Below, piece by piece: positions 51,142 to 64,000 of a stretch of DNA of 64,000 nucleotides (its first letter is position 1; the number at the start of each line of letters is the position of its first letter). The DNA is taken from positions 124,001-188,000 of the forward strand of contig JAVKOQ020000072.1 of NCBI GenBank assembly GCA_031835245.2. The letters are read 5' to 3'. Made by a program: the position numbers and the translations under genes. The notes under the pieces were generated by a model. The model was not told where the DNA came from, made no database searches, and saw nothing but the letters and a program-made list of their open reading frames with translations. The DNA comes from Balamuthia mandrillaris (taxonomy: Eukaryota).

Positions 51142-54036
51142 ATGCGACTGCAGTGGGTGTGCGTGTTATGGCTATCGTGCTTCGCTTTGTATGTCCGAGC
51201 AGAAGATCCACGAGTGGACCCAGCCCCGACACCATTTGATGCTATTTACGTAAACGGCAACTTCGGCAATGATAGCTGGATCTGCACTACCACCCGATTC
51301 CCTTGTAAAACCATACAAGGGGCCTTGGACCGTGCCTTTGTTTTCAGTGTGAAGGACATATACGTTTCTAGAGGAGTGTTTTCAGGGGAAGGCAACACGG
51401 AACTTTTGGTTTTTTCTGATGTGAACATCCATGTACGTGAAGTGCTGACTTGAACGTTTGTGAGTTGAGCACCGACTGTCCTCCTGGCTCTTCTAACCAT
51501 CTCTATTGGCGCTAAAAGGGTGAGTTTGACGACTTTCCACCAGTACAATACGCAACCCCGATCGAAGAGAGCCGAACCGTCATAGACGGGTTCAGGGTAG
51601 CAAAGAATCTTTTTAACCTTGGTGTGTGCACGGAGGAGGAGAATTCGCTTGGACCTATCAACTTTTACATCCATAACTTTTGGTTTACCAGAGCCAGGGA
51701 AGCTGCCGTACGCATCAACCAGTGCTTTGAGGGATCGGCAACGTTCAAAGACAACATGTGGATCAACAACTCTGGTGCTCTTGGCTCAGCACTGACGGTT
51801 TTGGGCACAAGGTCCACCGATCTGACTCTCGCGCCCAACCAGGACGGAGAGGGACCCTTCCCCAAGTTCAAGGTGGAGGTCTTCAACAATTTTTTCCTCA
51901 AGAACAAGGGTCCAGGAAGCGCGATTTTCGCCCTGGATACGCAGATGACCATCCGTGAAAACAGCTTCAGGGAGAACGAAGCTGAGGTGGGAGCCGCGCT
52001 CAGGGTTATGTTCGGTGCTGTGTTGGTCCAAGACAACTTCTTCGTTGACAACAAGGCCTCTCTCTGGGGAGGAGCCATCTACAGCAACCTAGAGGATGGA
52101 GTTGAAGTGGCCAACAACAACTTCGTCCGCAACAAGGCGGAAAAGGGCGGTGCGGCCGCCTTTGCCTTCAGCATTGACAGCCAAGGTGCCAGTGTGTGGC
52201 AGAACAACGAATTCACAGAAAACACTGCGGAAGAGGGTGGTGCCTTGTTCTTCCGATCCGGGTCCCGCCAATATTTCCACCATAACTACTACTTCTCCAA
52301 CAGGGCAGTGAACGGTGGTGCCATCGGCATGAATTGCGAGGGTTTCAGCCAAAACGAACCTGGCTTTGAGGATGCTGACATATCCGAGTACGATCCTAGC
52401 TGCGCAGTTGTTCTCGAGGACGTATACTCCAGTTCAAACCAAGCCTCCGGAAGTGGCGGTTTCCTCTATATGGAAAACACGTACTTGCACGGCAGCCAGG
52501 GGGATTACACACAAGTACCCCCCATCATCCTCCGCATTGTCTCCAGTTATTCCGATTCCGCGCATGAAGGAGGAGCTATCTACGTCAAAGACAGCGTTAT
52601 CATGGTGGAAGAGGTCACTTTTCACAGCTCCATGGCTTCCCACAGAGGAGGCGCCCTCTACGTTGAAGCTGTGGACACACCCAGCTACCTTTATGGGGCG
52701 GGGTTACACGTGGAGGGCTGCCAAGCTAACAGGGGAGCTGGTCTTTATGCCTTTTCTGCAACTCCCCAAGTCATTATCGACAATCTTGGTGCCGTGCTGG
52801 AGATCGAAACTTCCACCTTCACCAACAACATAGCTACAGAACATGGAGGAGCAATCTATGTGGAGGGAGTGTCCGTTCTTGCTATCGGTTTGCTCAACTG
52901 TAGCCTTTCAAGCAACTATGCTTGGCAGGATGGTGGTGCCATCTACGCTTCCCACCGCGTCATCGCTAGGACTGGAGGCACAGAGATGAGAGATAACTTT
53001 GCGGGCCAAAACGGAGGTGCTATCTACCTGCAAGGGGTTGCTGGGGAAGTTGCACGACACGTTGAGAAGCGAGAGGCGGCAGACCGCCGCCAGTCCCTCC
53101 AAACAAGCCCCCTCTTACAAGCACAGGCCATGACTCTTATCAATAACGTTGCCCAAGGGTTTGGTGGAGGTATCTATGCCTATTATTCTATCGTACTAGG
53201 AGAGTCTGTCATACTGCACCCAAATGCTGTACGCTCTGTCTCTCCTTTTTCCTTCTTCTCTCCGCTCCTTGTTCCTTTGTCCTTCTACTCTTTCTTCTGG
53301 TTATCTCATGTTTCTAACCTTCAATGTTGTTGTCTGTTGTTGTTGTCTGTTGTTGTTGTTGTTCTTGCTCTGTTGGCGTTGGTGCTGAACGCAGGCTCCA
53401 GTGGGAGCAAACATCTACTGCGAGGAGTCTGAGCTGTCATTCGTGGACTCGCCGCAGGTAATCGTGGCAAATGGCTTCAGGGCGTTCTTCTGTGGCAACC
53501 CGGACTACACCTGCACCATCGACGTGGATGGAGAGGAGCTCTTATGTGCCAATGACAACAACTTCCGCTTCGGCGAGTTGCCTGATGAGAGCCTCCCTCT
53601 GCCACAGGGTGCCTACGGCGTCGCTGGCAACTGGAGGGGTTACGAAGTGACCATCTGCCCCTCATGCGGTTGCTCCTCCTATGTCTATCTGACCTTCTAC
53701 GAGGATAGGAACGAAGGAGTCATTAGCTTTGCCTTTCCCCAAGAAGCAGAGGGCGGCGATAATGAGGAGGCCGTCGCTAGCTTTGGATATGGCTTTACAT
53801 ACAAGATTGACTACAGCATAATTCCCAACCGCCTTGACATGGTCATCTCCTCTACTGGTATTTTTGAAGGTCTCCTCTTCCATGGCCTTATCCAGAGAAC
53901 TGACATCGAACGAGGAAGCAGCAAGCTCACTATTGCCATGGGGCCGGAGGGAGGGTACATCCGCCCTACCTCTTTCTCCCCGGTTGAGAACACTCCACCT
54001 GAATTTGTCATATTTGAGCTTTATCTCCAGCCTTAA
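51142..54036 (+). CDS. Secreted polymorphic-membrane-protein-like parallel beta-helix repeat protein
   Basis: Signal peptide MRLQWVCVLWLSCFALYVRA, IYVNGNFGND..C...PCKTIQGAL cap, many GGAI/GGAL and FxxN repeats, two introns. Confidence 0.8.
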
Positions 54037-54359
54037 CTTTACCAATAACACTCAGCCTTTAAACGAAGAAAATGGATGATTAACTTTTATCATCATTTTG
54101 AAAAAAAAAATGAGAGGTAAAAGGCCTTACCACACTAACTTAACAAAGGCTCATGCTTTGTTCTGTTGATGAAACATGGAACAATGGCTGAAGTACGTCA
54201 GAAGAAAGGGAAAGAAGCACAGGGCAGCTCTTCAGGGCGCAGTGCTTTGGCAGTCTTCAGTAATGGCGCTTGTATCTAATCTCTTGTATGTAAGGTAGGG
54301 GTACCACGTCTCGTGAGGAAAGCCTACCACTGTGTAAGGCGGCCTTCGTATGAACGATG

Positions 54360-54485
54360 TTATCGTCGTCGGCGTCCTCTACGAGACTTTGGTGATGCCA
54401 ACGACTGATCCGGTTGGGACTCTAGATCCTGCTGATGCCTAACCAATAAGTTGCTGTGCACCATTACCATGTTGTGTTAGTGCAT

Positions 54486-54522
<37 letters not shown>

Positions 54523-57500
54523 AAACAGACCTCTCCCATTCCAGCCGTTGCTGCAAAATGCCTAGCAAAATAAATTCGGTGGTGTAGATAGGATAACCTT
54601 TTTGGTCATGAAGCGGCCGCCACACGTCTTCGTCCTCTGCACAGGAGATTATTATCACGTTGGAATCTGAAGAGCTGCTGTAAGGTTGCTCTGGTTTGCC
54701 CACCATCTGTGTTACAATGAGAAGGGACAAGCACGTATTAATAATAACGAGTTTAAACATTCAAAGATGCATCGAGGAGATAAATGGTACCCTGCCGCCC
54801 GCTGCTGTAACAATAACGCCCAGTGACTCAGGGTCTGGTCTTGTGTGAAGAGAAGCATAGAATGAAAGGCCTTGTAGCAATGGTCTGCTGCGTGCGAATT
54901 GAAGAGAAGCAGGTAACGAAAAATTCCACTTTCTCTCGCCAGCCATATCTTTTAAAAAGAAGGGTGTCTCTTCTAAATTTGGCCAGCAATCAATGTAATG
55001 CAAACACAAAATGTTGTTAACTTAAGTGGCTGGCATGTACATACCAACGAAAAAGCCTTCTTTGTTACATTTGTCAATCCATCGAAAGCTTACAATGGCA
55101 TTGCCACGGCCCATACATGCAAGAAACTTTATCGTGCGGTGGACTTTGTCTGTTACCTTTGGTAATGTCAATTAATTTGCTAATGTTTTTCCAAAGTCCT
55201 TGCGCTTCGCTTTTCATGTTTATGAAAACTTACCAGGTGAGTTGACTGATGAGGATCTTCAACGATCTTCCCTCCAAGGTCTGCAATAACCTTGGCTCGC
55301 TTCGGGTCTACTATTCCTGTAAACATAACGCGCGGTATTTCGATCAAACTTGGTTCGCAGGAAGAAGGCTTACTTGCCATCCGTTTGCCCTTGATAGCCC
55401 TGCAAGGAGCCTTAACTTTTTTCTCTTTTGTACGGGTTTTTCTGCCTGATTTTGCTACGTTTTCTTCTTCATCTTCTTCCTCCTTTGCACGAAGAAGCGA
55501 CGTGCTCTCTTCATTCTTACCGACTTTTCGGTTCGTGCCCTTTTGTTTTGGGGCTTTAGCCGAACTTTTAGCTTCCGTTTGTTTTCTTCGTCCTCCTCCT
55601 CGTTTCGTGCTTTCAACCTTGATTTTCTCATGGATCACTCCTGTTCCTGTCTCTCGTTGCGGCTCTTCGTGTCCATCTTTCGTGACATTGTCTAACGGCC
55701 AATCCTCTTCTTCCGCGCTGGCCTCCACAACCTCCTCGCTCTCTTCTTTAATTTTCTGCTGTAGTCCTTGCAAGCTGTGTTGTGGCACAGCGTTAGATTC
55801 TGCTCCATTATTACGGCCACGATCGCCATCGTCACACCTTTGCTTTTTGTTAGCTCGTTCGTCAGCTTCAGCAGACCGTTTGCTCTCTTGGGTTGGTGGA
55901 ATTGACGCTACCCTTTTTCTCTTGCTGGAGTTGTTTTCATCCGCTTTATAACGTTCATCGGTAGTATCCCACGAGGTTGACTCGGCAACCTGGCTCAATA
56001 TACAGAGACTAGCACCAGTGTACTTGCTCGTTTCCTCCTCTCCATCTTCGTCTTCAAGAGACGCCTCCACTCTACTCGTCCCTGACCTGTCTTCAGGTGA
56101 GCTATGCATTACTTCCCCCAAAGGAACGCTCTCTGGCAAAGAATAGAGTTGTGTTGAGCTGCCAAAAATCTGGTCTTCTTCAGGGACGGAGCGTAAGGTA
56201 GTAATTGTTGTGTCTGCAGGCTCTCCTTTCGCTGAGTGTGCTTGTTCGTTTTCTTTATTATCTTGATGTGCAACTTCCATGACGTCCTCGTTGTCTGTTG
56301 GGAGCTGTGTTGCGTCCTCTTCTTCCTCCTTTTCCCCTTCCTCCTTTTTGTCTGCAACATCTTCAACCATATTACTTTTTTCAGTAATACTATGTAGCTC
56401 ACTATCTCCAACATCGCCACCATCACCATCGCCGCCGTCAGTATCGTTACCATCGTTCGTATATGGCAATACTAGTCCTACAAACGAAGTGGGGCTACTG
56501 TCTCTATCCTCCTCGTTTTCATGCACAACGCTGGAGTTGGCACTCACCATTTGATTTAACAGCTCGTCCACGGCAACATCTGCACTAATATCAGTCGTTG
56601 TCTCAAACTTCTCGATGCTGCCGATGGTTTCTATTTCATCGTTTACAATTGAATGTCCTTCTTGTGGCAGTGCAGGCTCGTAGATTTGTGTAGGCGCACA
56701 CATTTCGGTAGCATCATCATCACCACCACCGTCATCACTACATTCAGGTCCTTTATCCTCCTGATTACCATCAGCATCGCCGCCACCATCATCATAGCGT
56801 AATGTAGGCTCTGCACATGTCTCTTCAATCTTATCATAGACTTGAGTCATATGAGCATCTTCTTGATGGTGTGCTGTGGACTTGGATGTATGAAAGCCCT
56901 TCGCATCAACTGCTGCGCTCTCGTCATAGGCTAAAGTTGCGGAGAGAGCCTCCCTATCACCCAGAAGCCCCGCCTCATAAGCGAGGGTGGGCGCCTCTGC
57001 CTCTTGTTCCGCCACTTCCCTCTTTTCTTCTTGTTCTTCGGCAGTTTCATAGATAAGAGTAGCAGATACTTCTGAAGCTTTGTCGCACATCTCGTCCATA
57101 TAAGCTAGGGTTGCATCAGGCATCTTCTAGTTCTTTCCGTTGTGCTTCTTCCCTATTACTGCCGCTGTCATAGGCCAGGGTTGCAGCAGCCTCTGCTACT
57201 ACGTCATCCGCACCATAGGCAAGCGTAGCACCATACTCTTCCTCGCTTTCTTCTTTATCGTAAACTAAAGTGTTGTTTGGTTCTTCCCCTTCATCACCAT
57301 ACATTTGCGTTGCCTCTACACCGCTTGCTCCCTCCGTTGCCATTTGGCAAAGAGTCCCACTCATAGCTTTCCGTGACGGCTTTGCACTGCCTTTTTCTTC
57401 CTCTTGTTGCAGCATATCGTCGTCGTATGCGAGTGTGGACGACAAATCCACTTCTTCTACTGCTGTTTTTGTAGCGGAGGTGGTAGCCTGGTCTTCATCG

Positions 57501-57724
57501 TAGGCCAATGTGGGTTGTTCCTCTGAGCCATCGTCAGCTTCTAGCAGATTACTAGGAAGAGCTAGCCCACTGGTTACATCATAATTATCGGAGGTTGGTT
57601 GCTTGGAACTGGTGGGTCGGTTATAAACCTGGGTCTCGCAATACTCTTCTTCCTCTTCCTCGGATTCCAGTCGAAAGATGGCGCTGCGATTGAGCGGAGA
57701 TGGAGCAAGAAAGCTGTCCTCAGC

Positions 57725-57764
<40 letters not shown>

Positions 57765-57966
57765 TTACGTCCCATTAGAAATTCGTGGTGATAGTGGCAG
57801 GATAGAAGCTATACCATCTCCTTCCTCCACAAACAGCGCTTTTGGCTTTGCGCTCTCTCTATCTGTTTTTCGTAGAGAGCGATCGCGTTGTGGAGAGGAC
57901 GTTCCATCGGACGGAAGTGCTAACCCAGGTGGCTGCTCTTACGTTAGATACATCTCTTTCTCTTTA

Positions 57967-58014
<48 letters not shown>

Positions 58015-58708
58015 AACTTTCTCTTTCTCAGGAAGCACAACCTCCACAAAGAGTGAAAGAGAAAGGACAACGTACCGAGAACGTCAATTGTGGAGTGTCG
58101 GGCAGAGGCTTTATTCGTCGTTGAGGCACTTGGAATGGGCTGTGCGCATCTTGGGCGGTGGACTTGAAGGCCTCGAAGCGACAGAGCAGGCCGCCCAGCG
58201 AGAAGTGGTACCCATCGCTGAGCTGATACTGTACGTAGGGTTCCAGCTGAACGCCAGCGCCACCGCACTCAGCTCCCACCAGTCTCGTTGTGTTGGTGCT
58301 ACGCAGGTCTTTCAAGAAGTACATTCCATTCTTGATCTCTGCCGTGATGGTGCAGGTGCAAGTGCATGTGGGTTATAAAAAACAAGAGAAAGGAAAAAGG
58401 AAGGAGCAACGTAGTTGTACCTAGACTAGCATGTTGCTTGCTAACGCAAGTTTCATTGATCCACACCTGATTAGAGTCTTGTGATCTGCCTGGCGTGGAG
58501 TCAGAGCGACACACAAAGGAAGCAAAATAACACCACAAACCAAACCTATGTTATTCACGCCGGGAAAGAGGGGCTGCGTCTCTGGTGGTTTATCCTTGTG
58601 CAAGATGTGAAGTTCTGCCACAGGTATTTGGATGGCGTCCTCCTCCTGCTCCGCTCCATTCGGTTCATCCTCCAAGCCCAGGTCCACTACTTGGGTAACA
58701 TCAGCCAT
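54360..58708 (-). CDS. MDC1: MDC1-like DNA-damage mediator: N-terminal FHA, acidic repeat linker, C-terminal tandem BRCT
   Basis: FHA motifs GVNNIG-R, VSKQHA, LKDLRSTNTT. BRCT motifs PRVMFTG..IADLGG..STHLVTDKVHRTIKFL..IVSFRW, LLQGLSFY..IVTAAGG, IYTTEFILLGILQQRL. Apparent frameshift near 57120. Confidence 0.8.
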
Positions 58709-59029
58709 GCTCTCCCCGTGCTCTCTCTCCTCTCTCTTCCCCCCTGTCTCTCTTTTTTTTTTCTTGCTTTTCGCTGGGTTCGTATTTATCACGACGTCAT
58801 GATTCCGCACCTTATTTTTTTTTTTTAAAAAATAGCAAATATATTTTTCATAAAATGCTGCCTTCAATGGACCTTAGGCAATAGCGAGTATCATTGCAAA
58901 GTGGTATGACCACCGTCATTCAGATGAACGAGCTTAAAGATAGCAGTTATACTCTCATCTTCCAATGAGTAGATGAAACCTCTCCTCTTTTGTCCTTGCA
59001 CTATTTATCATGCCACTAAGCCAGACACA

Positions 59030-59260
59030 AGGAAAGAAGGGAGGAAGGAAGGAAGTGCACACGTATGTGCAAATCGAAGGAAAGAAAGGAAGGAAAGCAA
59101 AGAAGGAAGGAAGTGCACACATGTGTACAAATCAAAAGAAAGGAAGGAAGCAACGAAGTGTACACATGTGCATAAATTGAAGGAAAGCAAGGAAGGAAGG
59201 AAGTGCACATGCATACACAAAAATAAAAAGAAAGAAGTGCATATGCATGTGCATTGTATA
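59030..59260 (+). repeat. Imperfect minisatellite of about 5 units with core GGAAGGAAGTGCACACATGTG
   Basis: Recurring AAGTGCAC/AAGTGTAC/AAGTGCAT cores separated by GGAA/AAAG runs. Confidence 0.8.
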
Positions 59261-59535
59261 GAAGATGACTTTTTGTGTTACCCTTGAACAGAAAGGAAGG
59301 AGACTAAAGAGTATAGCACTATCAACCTCACTGGTCCTCTTTCTATTTCTTCTAAAGGTTTCAACTACATCTTTCTTACCATGGATATTGGGACCTGCTC
59401 AAACAACCTTCTTTATCTTCATCTTTTCTATTCCTCCTCAAGAGCTCTTTGTGATCGGTTACGGAAAGGGTATTCTATTATTCTTGAAGAAACAACACAA
59501 AATAGGAGCAGCTCACAACCACCCCGTCTACCATC

Positions 59536-59682
59536 TTAGAAACGTTCTTGTTGAAAATCAAAGCAAGTTTGGCCAACAGTGGTGTACTTCTTGCACATCT
59601 GTAGTAGAACCTGTGCCATGGGACGCGGACCACAGAAGAATACACCCACTCCTACAGTATGGTTGATGCATATGCAATAGAT

Positions 59683-59715
<33 letters not shown>

Positions 59716-61807
59716 AGAGTCAAAAAGCGACGAAGAACATACGTTCATGTGGGTACTTGTGCTTTATGTGACTGAATATGTTGTCTAAAGGGAAAAAGAA
59801 TGATCGAATGAACATATATTGTTAGTACAGATTAGAGTGAAGCAAACAAATGGAAAGAAAGGAGGAAGAGATGGAAGCAGTGAGATTGAACACTTACCCC
59901 AATTGGGCCTACCCCAATGAGTACGCGAGTGAAGTCCTGTAATAAGGTCAATGCCATCACGAAGATAAGCTGCTTCCAAACCGGTCCACAACAGGAAGGA
60001 ACGCAGATCATTTTTGTTGGTTGCACCAGTGAGATAAGTTCTAGTCTTTATAAGGCGCCTTGCTTCCCTTGTTTGTGTCACATCTTCCGCCATTCCACAA
60101 CCACAAAACATTGACGTAAGTAACTTGAAAGTAGGGTGATAATTGATGGGGGCGAGAAGAAAACTACCTCTTAGAAGATCTTCGAACCATTCAAAGCAAC
60201 GCTGATCTCTATTTACCCAGAAGAGCATAGCTTTTTCCAGGGTTATAGGATGAGCTCGTTGTAGCATTAGGTGGATGGTTTTCAGAACAGAGGCGAAGGG
60301 AGTAATGCCAATGCCAGCTCCAATCAACATAACGTATTTGTAGCTGAATATGTTTTCACAAGGAGCCCCAAATGGGCCATCCACCCTAATCCTCATTGTT
60401 CGTCGACGCAGGAACTCTTCCTGACTCATCAATGTTTCTCCTTCTTTCTGCTCAAAGTGTGCATGGATTTTGGTAGTCCAGTTACCCAATGCCCTTTTGA
60501 AGGAAAACAATGATTGCGTCCGGTCAGTTGGGCACGAGGAAGAGACAAAGCATACTTGTGAAAAGTACCTGATATGAACAGATAAAATACCTGACTCCAG
60601 GGGCGAGGAAGTCAGCGTAAATGGATGCCATTCATGACAAGCAATAGCTGGACACTGACACGATAGTTAGCAACTAAGTTGTGCAGGGCGGAAGGAGCAA
60701 ACAAAGGATGCATTTTGATGGAAACACTTACATTAATAAAAACATATTGCCCGGGCTTGTACTGAAAATTCTTTGGGCGCTTCATTTCTAGAGCCAACAC
60801 ACGAGAAGGTTTGTGTATGGCCCTGATAACTCTAGTGTCATTCTTATGTCTTACAAATAGAGACAGGGAGAGACAAAATAAGCCAACAGAGCAATAATGA
60901 TTCTTGAACTAGAATAAACTCACCTTGCGATGCGCAAAATACGTTCAGTGAGATATGTCAATCCTGGAAAAAGGAACCATATCCAAAATGTAGGGAAAGT
61001 CAACATAGCAGCAGCGCCATGTATCAACAGCGCGACGTAGAATATAATAAACAGATGATGGGTATACCAGAAAATCTCAAACTTGAGACGTCGGAATCGC
61101 TGCTGTGCAGTAACATATATCACAATGATGCACAACCAAATCACTATACCAGTGGCACCTGGGATTGAACCAAAGAGTACACGCCAATATTCTGGCACAG
61201 CGTCAAAATCGTTGTTGATGGCATCGTCAATTTCTTGTAAGTTTGTAGCACTAGATATGGCATAGACGTTCCAAAGGTGTGCTCCTCTGTTGAATAGGAG
61301 ATAAAATAAAAGAACAACAGGAGATGAATGGGAAACATCATTAGTTCTGGCCAACACATCATATGGCTCGGAACAAAATAGACTTACGTGTGCCCAACGC
61401 CTGCCAAAACTATAACCGCAGCCACAATCCTGTGAAAGTCAATATTGTTGTCGAAAGGAATATAGTCTGCCAGCCAGGTGCTTCGTAGCCATGTAATTAC
61501 ATTTCTGCTGACAGTTAACAGTATTAGAGTAGAATTGAAAGCTAGCACCACCGAAAAACCACGAGCTACTGGGCCACCATAGGACAGCAGCGAGAATGAG
61601 TCGCTCCACCTAAACACTGCGAGAATAAACAAGTTAGCTCAGGGATCCTACTTAAAAAAATTATGATAAAACTGGATCATACTTGCAAACCAGCCACAAA
61701 AGAGAAGGATGTTAATGATGGCATAGAACGTAAGCCACATTACTTGAAGCCCGTGAACATGCAAATAGCGTTTTACTGCCGCCTGCAAACGAGAGAGAGA
61801 GAGAGAA

Positions 61808-61850
<43 letters not shown>

Positions 61851-64000
61851 GAGACAGAGAGAGACAGAGACAGAGACAGAGCGAGACAGAGAGACAGAGA
61901 TTAGCTTAGAGCTGCATGGAGAGATAGACCAGGAACCTACTCGACGTGTTCTTGCTATTGGTGGAGGCATAAAGTCTTCTACGTGCATGGAATACGTTTT
62001 TAATTGTTCCACCCACTCGGGGACTTGTTCCTTATCAGCGAACTGTTGTATGTCGTTGTCTTTGATGACACCAAACTCCTCCGCGGGATTGTCTTGGGTC
62101 GTGAGACGAAGAAGCAATTTCTGAGAACTCAACAGCATGCCCTGAGTTCCTGAACGGGAAGTACGTTGCCCCTTTCTGTCTTCCCCTTCCTGGGTGAGGA
62201 ATCCTTGAAAATCTGTGTAATATTCGTCAACTGTGTAGCTTTGTTCTCTATCAGTGATCTGCGGTGATGTATCTTCCTCGTGCTTTGGTTTCCTGCTCTG
62301 CCATTTTTTGCTCCTCTTCTTTTCCTCTTTCGAAGCTTTAAGCTCTTCTTGCTTTCTCAACATCTTCTCTCGTTTCTCGTGGAACTTTTCTTCCATCTTT
62401 CGGTAAAGCTCCTCCATTTCCTCCCTTTTCTTTTCTCGTTCGAAATTTCTACTTTGTATCTGCCTTCTTCTTTCCAAACCAGCCTTCCTCTTTTCTTTAA
62501 GCTGCTTTCTCTTTTCACAATCTGGATGCTCTTCATCAGATTCTTCCTCGTCGTATTCTTCTTCTTCGTCATCGGCATACTCTTCTTCCTCCGCCTCTTG
62601 TGGCTTGTGACTCAAAAACGTGGAGCTGCCGTTGGACTTAGTGGATGAACCTTGCGAGCGAGATCCTTTCAGGAAGTGTACCCCACTTTCGCTAAAAAAA
62701 AGATCCAAATCCCGATGAGAGTCTTCGGCATAGGCTCCTTTGCCCCCGAGAGTGATCTTCTTGGCTTGAGGGATATGCTCCAATAAGGTAGTTTCAAAGT
62801 CCTCGTAAGATATAAGTCCATCCACATCTTTATCCAACAATTCGAAGAGAGTATCCACCAACTCCACAAAGTTTTCTGGCCTTATTTGAAGAGAATTTTC
62901 TTTGATGGATTCCTGCAGCATCTCCTCTAGCTCTTCGTATGTCACAAAGCCATCCCCATCCACATCGTAAATACTAAAGGCGTCTACAAATCAAGCATAA
63001 TAAAACAAAAAGTCAGGGAAAAAAAAAGATTAAATGCTGGACAAGAGAGCTTGGATATAAAAGACATAAGACATGAGGACATCAGTAAACGTACATCTTA
63101 GCTTGGTAGTAGGATCTGAATTAGAGAGAGGAGACAGAGCAATGACACCATCCAGAAACTCTCTGACGTTGATGCGACCGGTGCCGTGTGTATCAAAAGC
63201 ATGATAGAGGCTGTCCGCCTGTTTGTTCGAATTTCAGAAATCCAGTTTGACGAGAACCATACACAAAGAGAGAGAGAGAGAGAGAGAGATCACGATGGTA
63301 CCAGCTTATCCGATTTGATGCCCAACAGCTCTTTGAACTGCTGTTTTTCTATCATATACAGAAACTCCTCGCCTTTACCGTCCAGCTTCTTGCCTCTCCT
63401 GGCTAACTTCTTAGTGAGGCTGGCCACGCGTCTGCTGCCGCTGCTTCGACCACCGCTGCAGGAGGAACGTTCATTTGTGCTGCTGCCGCATCTGTTCTTG
63501 TTGTTGTTCTGTTGTTGCACGTGTTCCGAAGGCATCGAACAGCTGGTATTGCTGCGGCTGGAACCACCTTCTCCCTCCTCAGCACTACTATACATAGAGT
63601 CCTCCTCCAAGTGGAAGGAGGTATGTTCGGTGAGGTACGTGTTCAGCTGTTGTTCCTCCAACCCACGAAACCTTTTGAGAAAGTCTTGTATCCATTGTTC
63701 ATCCACTGGAGTACATTACAAAGCAGAATATGGTTAGGAAACCAAAGTTAAGAGAACTAGGGTAGAGCATGAAATATAATATAGAAAACATACCATGAAC
63801 CTGCCGCACAAAGTGTTTCAACTCCTCTTTTTTGATCTGTGGGCGAGACCCAGCCAACACATCCGGATCTCTCACGCAGAGGCCATCCGCCAAGCTCCCA
63901 AGTTGGCTCATGGTGCGATTTCTACTTGAACAACAGCTGGTGATGGCTGGCTGATATCGCTACACTCTATACTACGACGTCCGAAGAGCAAGGGGTGTCC
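59536..64000 (-). CDS. EF-hand NADPH oxidase (NOX5/NoxC/RBOH-like), 5' end probably outside the window
   Basis: EF hands FDTHGTGRINVREF, YDVDGDGFVTYEEL, LDKDVDGLISYEDF. Also FHRIVA..GHT, FEIFWYTHHLF..LLIHG, YKPGQYVFIN, EWHPFT, VDGPFGAP, LIGAGIGITPFAS, VGVFFCGP and terminal FDFQQERF*. Confidence 0.95.

Noticed and set aside
59030..59260. CRISPR-like repeat-spacer array
   Set aside because: Units are degenerate, the spacers are low-complexity, there are no cas genes, and the context is eukaryotic.

Overview
Intron-rich eukaryotic DNA, probably from an amoebozoan (inferred from TSET sigma subunit, TEAD with its C-terminal domain, LRR-GBD/FH3-RasGEF, EF-hand NOX and (CT)n introns). Two gene-dense blocks surround a roughly 15 kb nested retrotransposon island at about 28.3-43.4 kb. 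Left block: PAQR, ZFC3H1-like, NOC4, eIF2B-delta, TEAD, LRR-RasGEF and a TSPOON/LOLITA-like gene that the ORF track largely misses. Right block: CCCH-DEAH-RBR helicase, Pmp-like beta-helix protein, MDC1-like FHA-BRCT protein and an EF-hand NADPH oxidase. The island holds a full-length 4.9 kb LINE with a 16-bp TSD, four truncated copies of it, a decayed Ty3/Gypsy element, two pieces of a second Gypsy integrase and two solo LTRs with 4-bp TSDs. The most unusual object is the LINE: three ORFs chained by two ATGA stop/start overlaps, a 22-nt 5' leader, a stem-loop-rich 3' UTR and a (TAC)n tail that matches its target sites. All calls come from reading the sequence; no searches were run, and exon boundaries are approximate.
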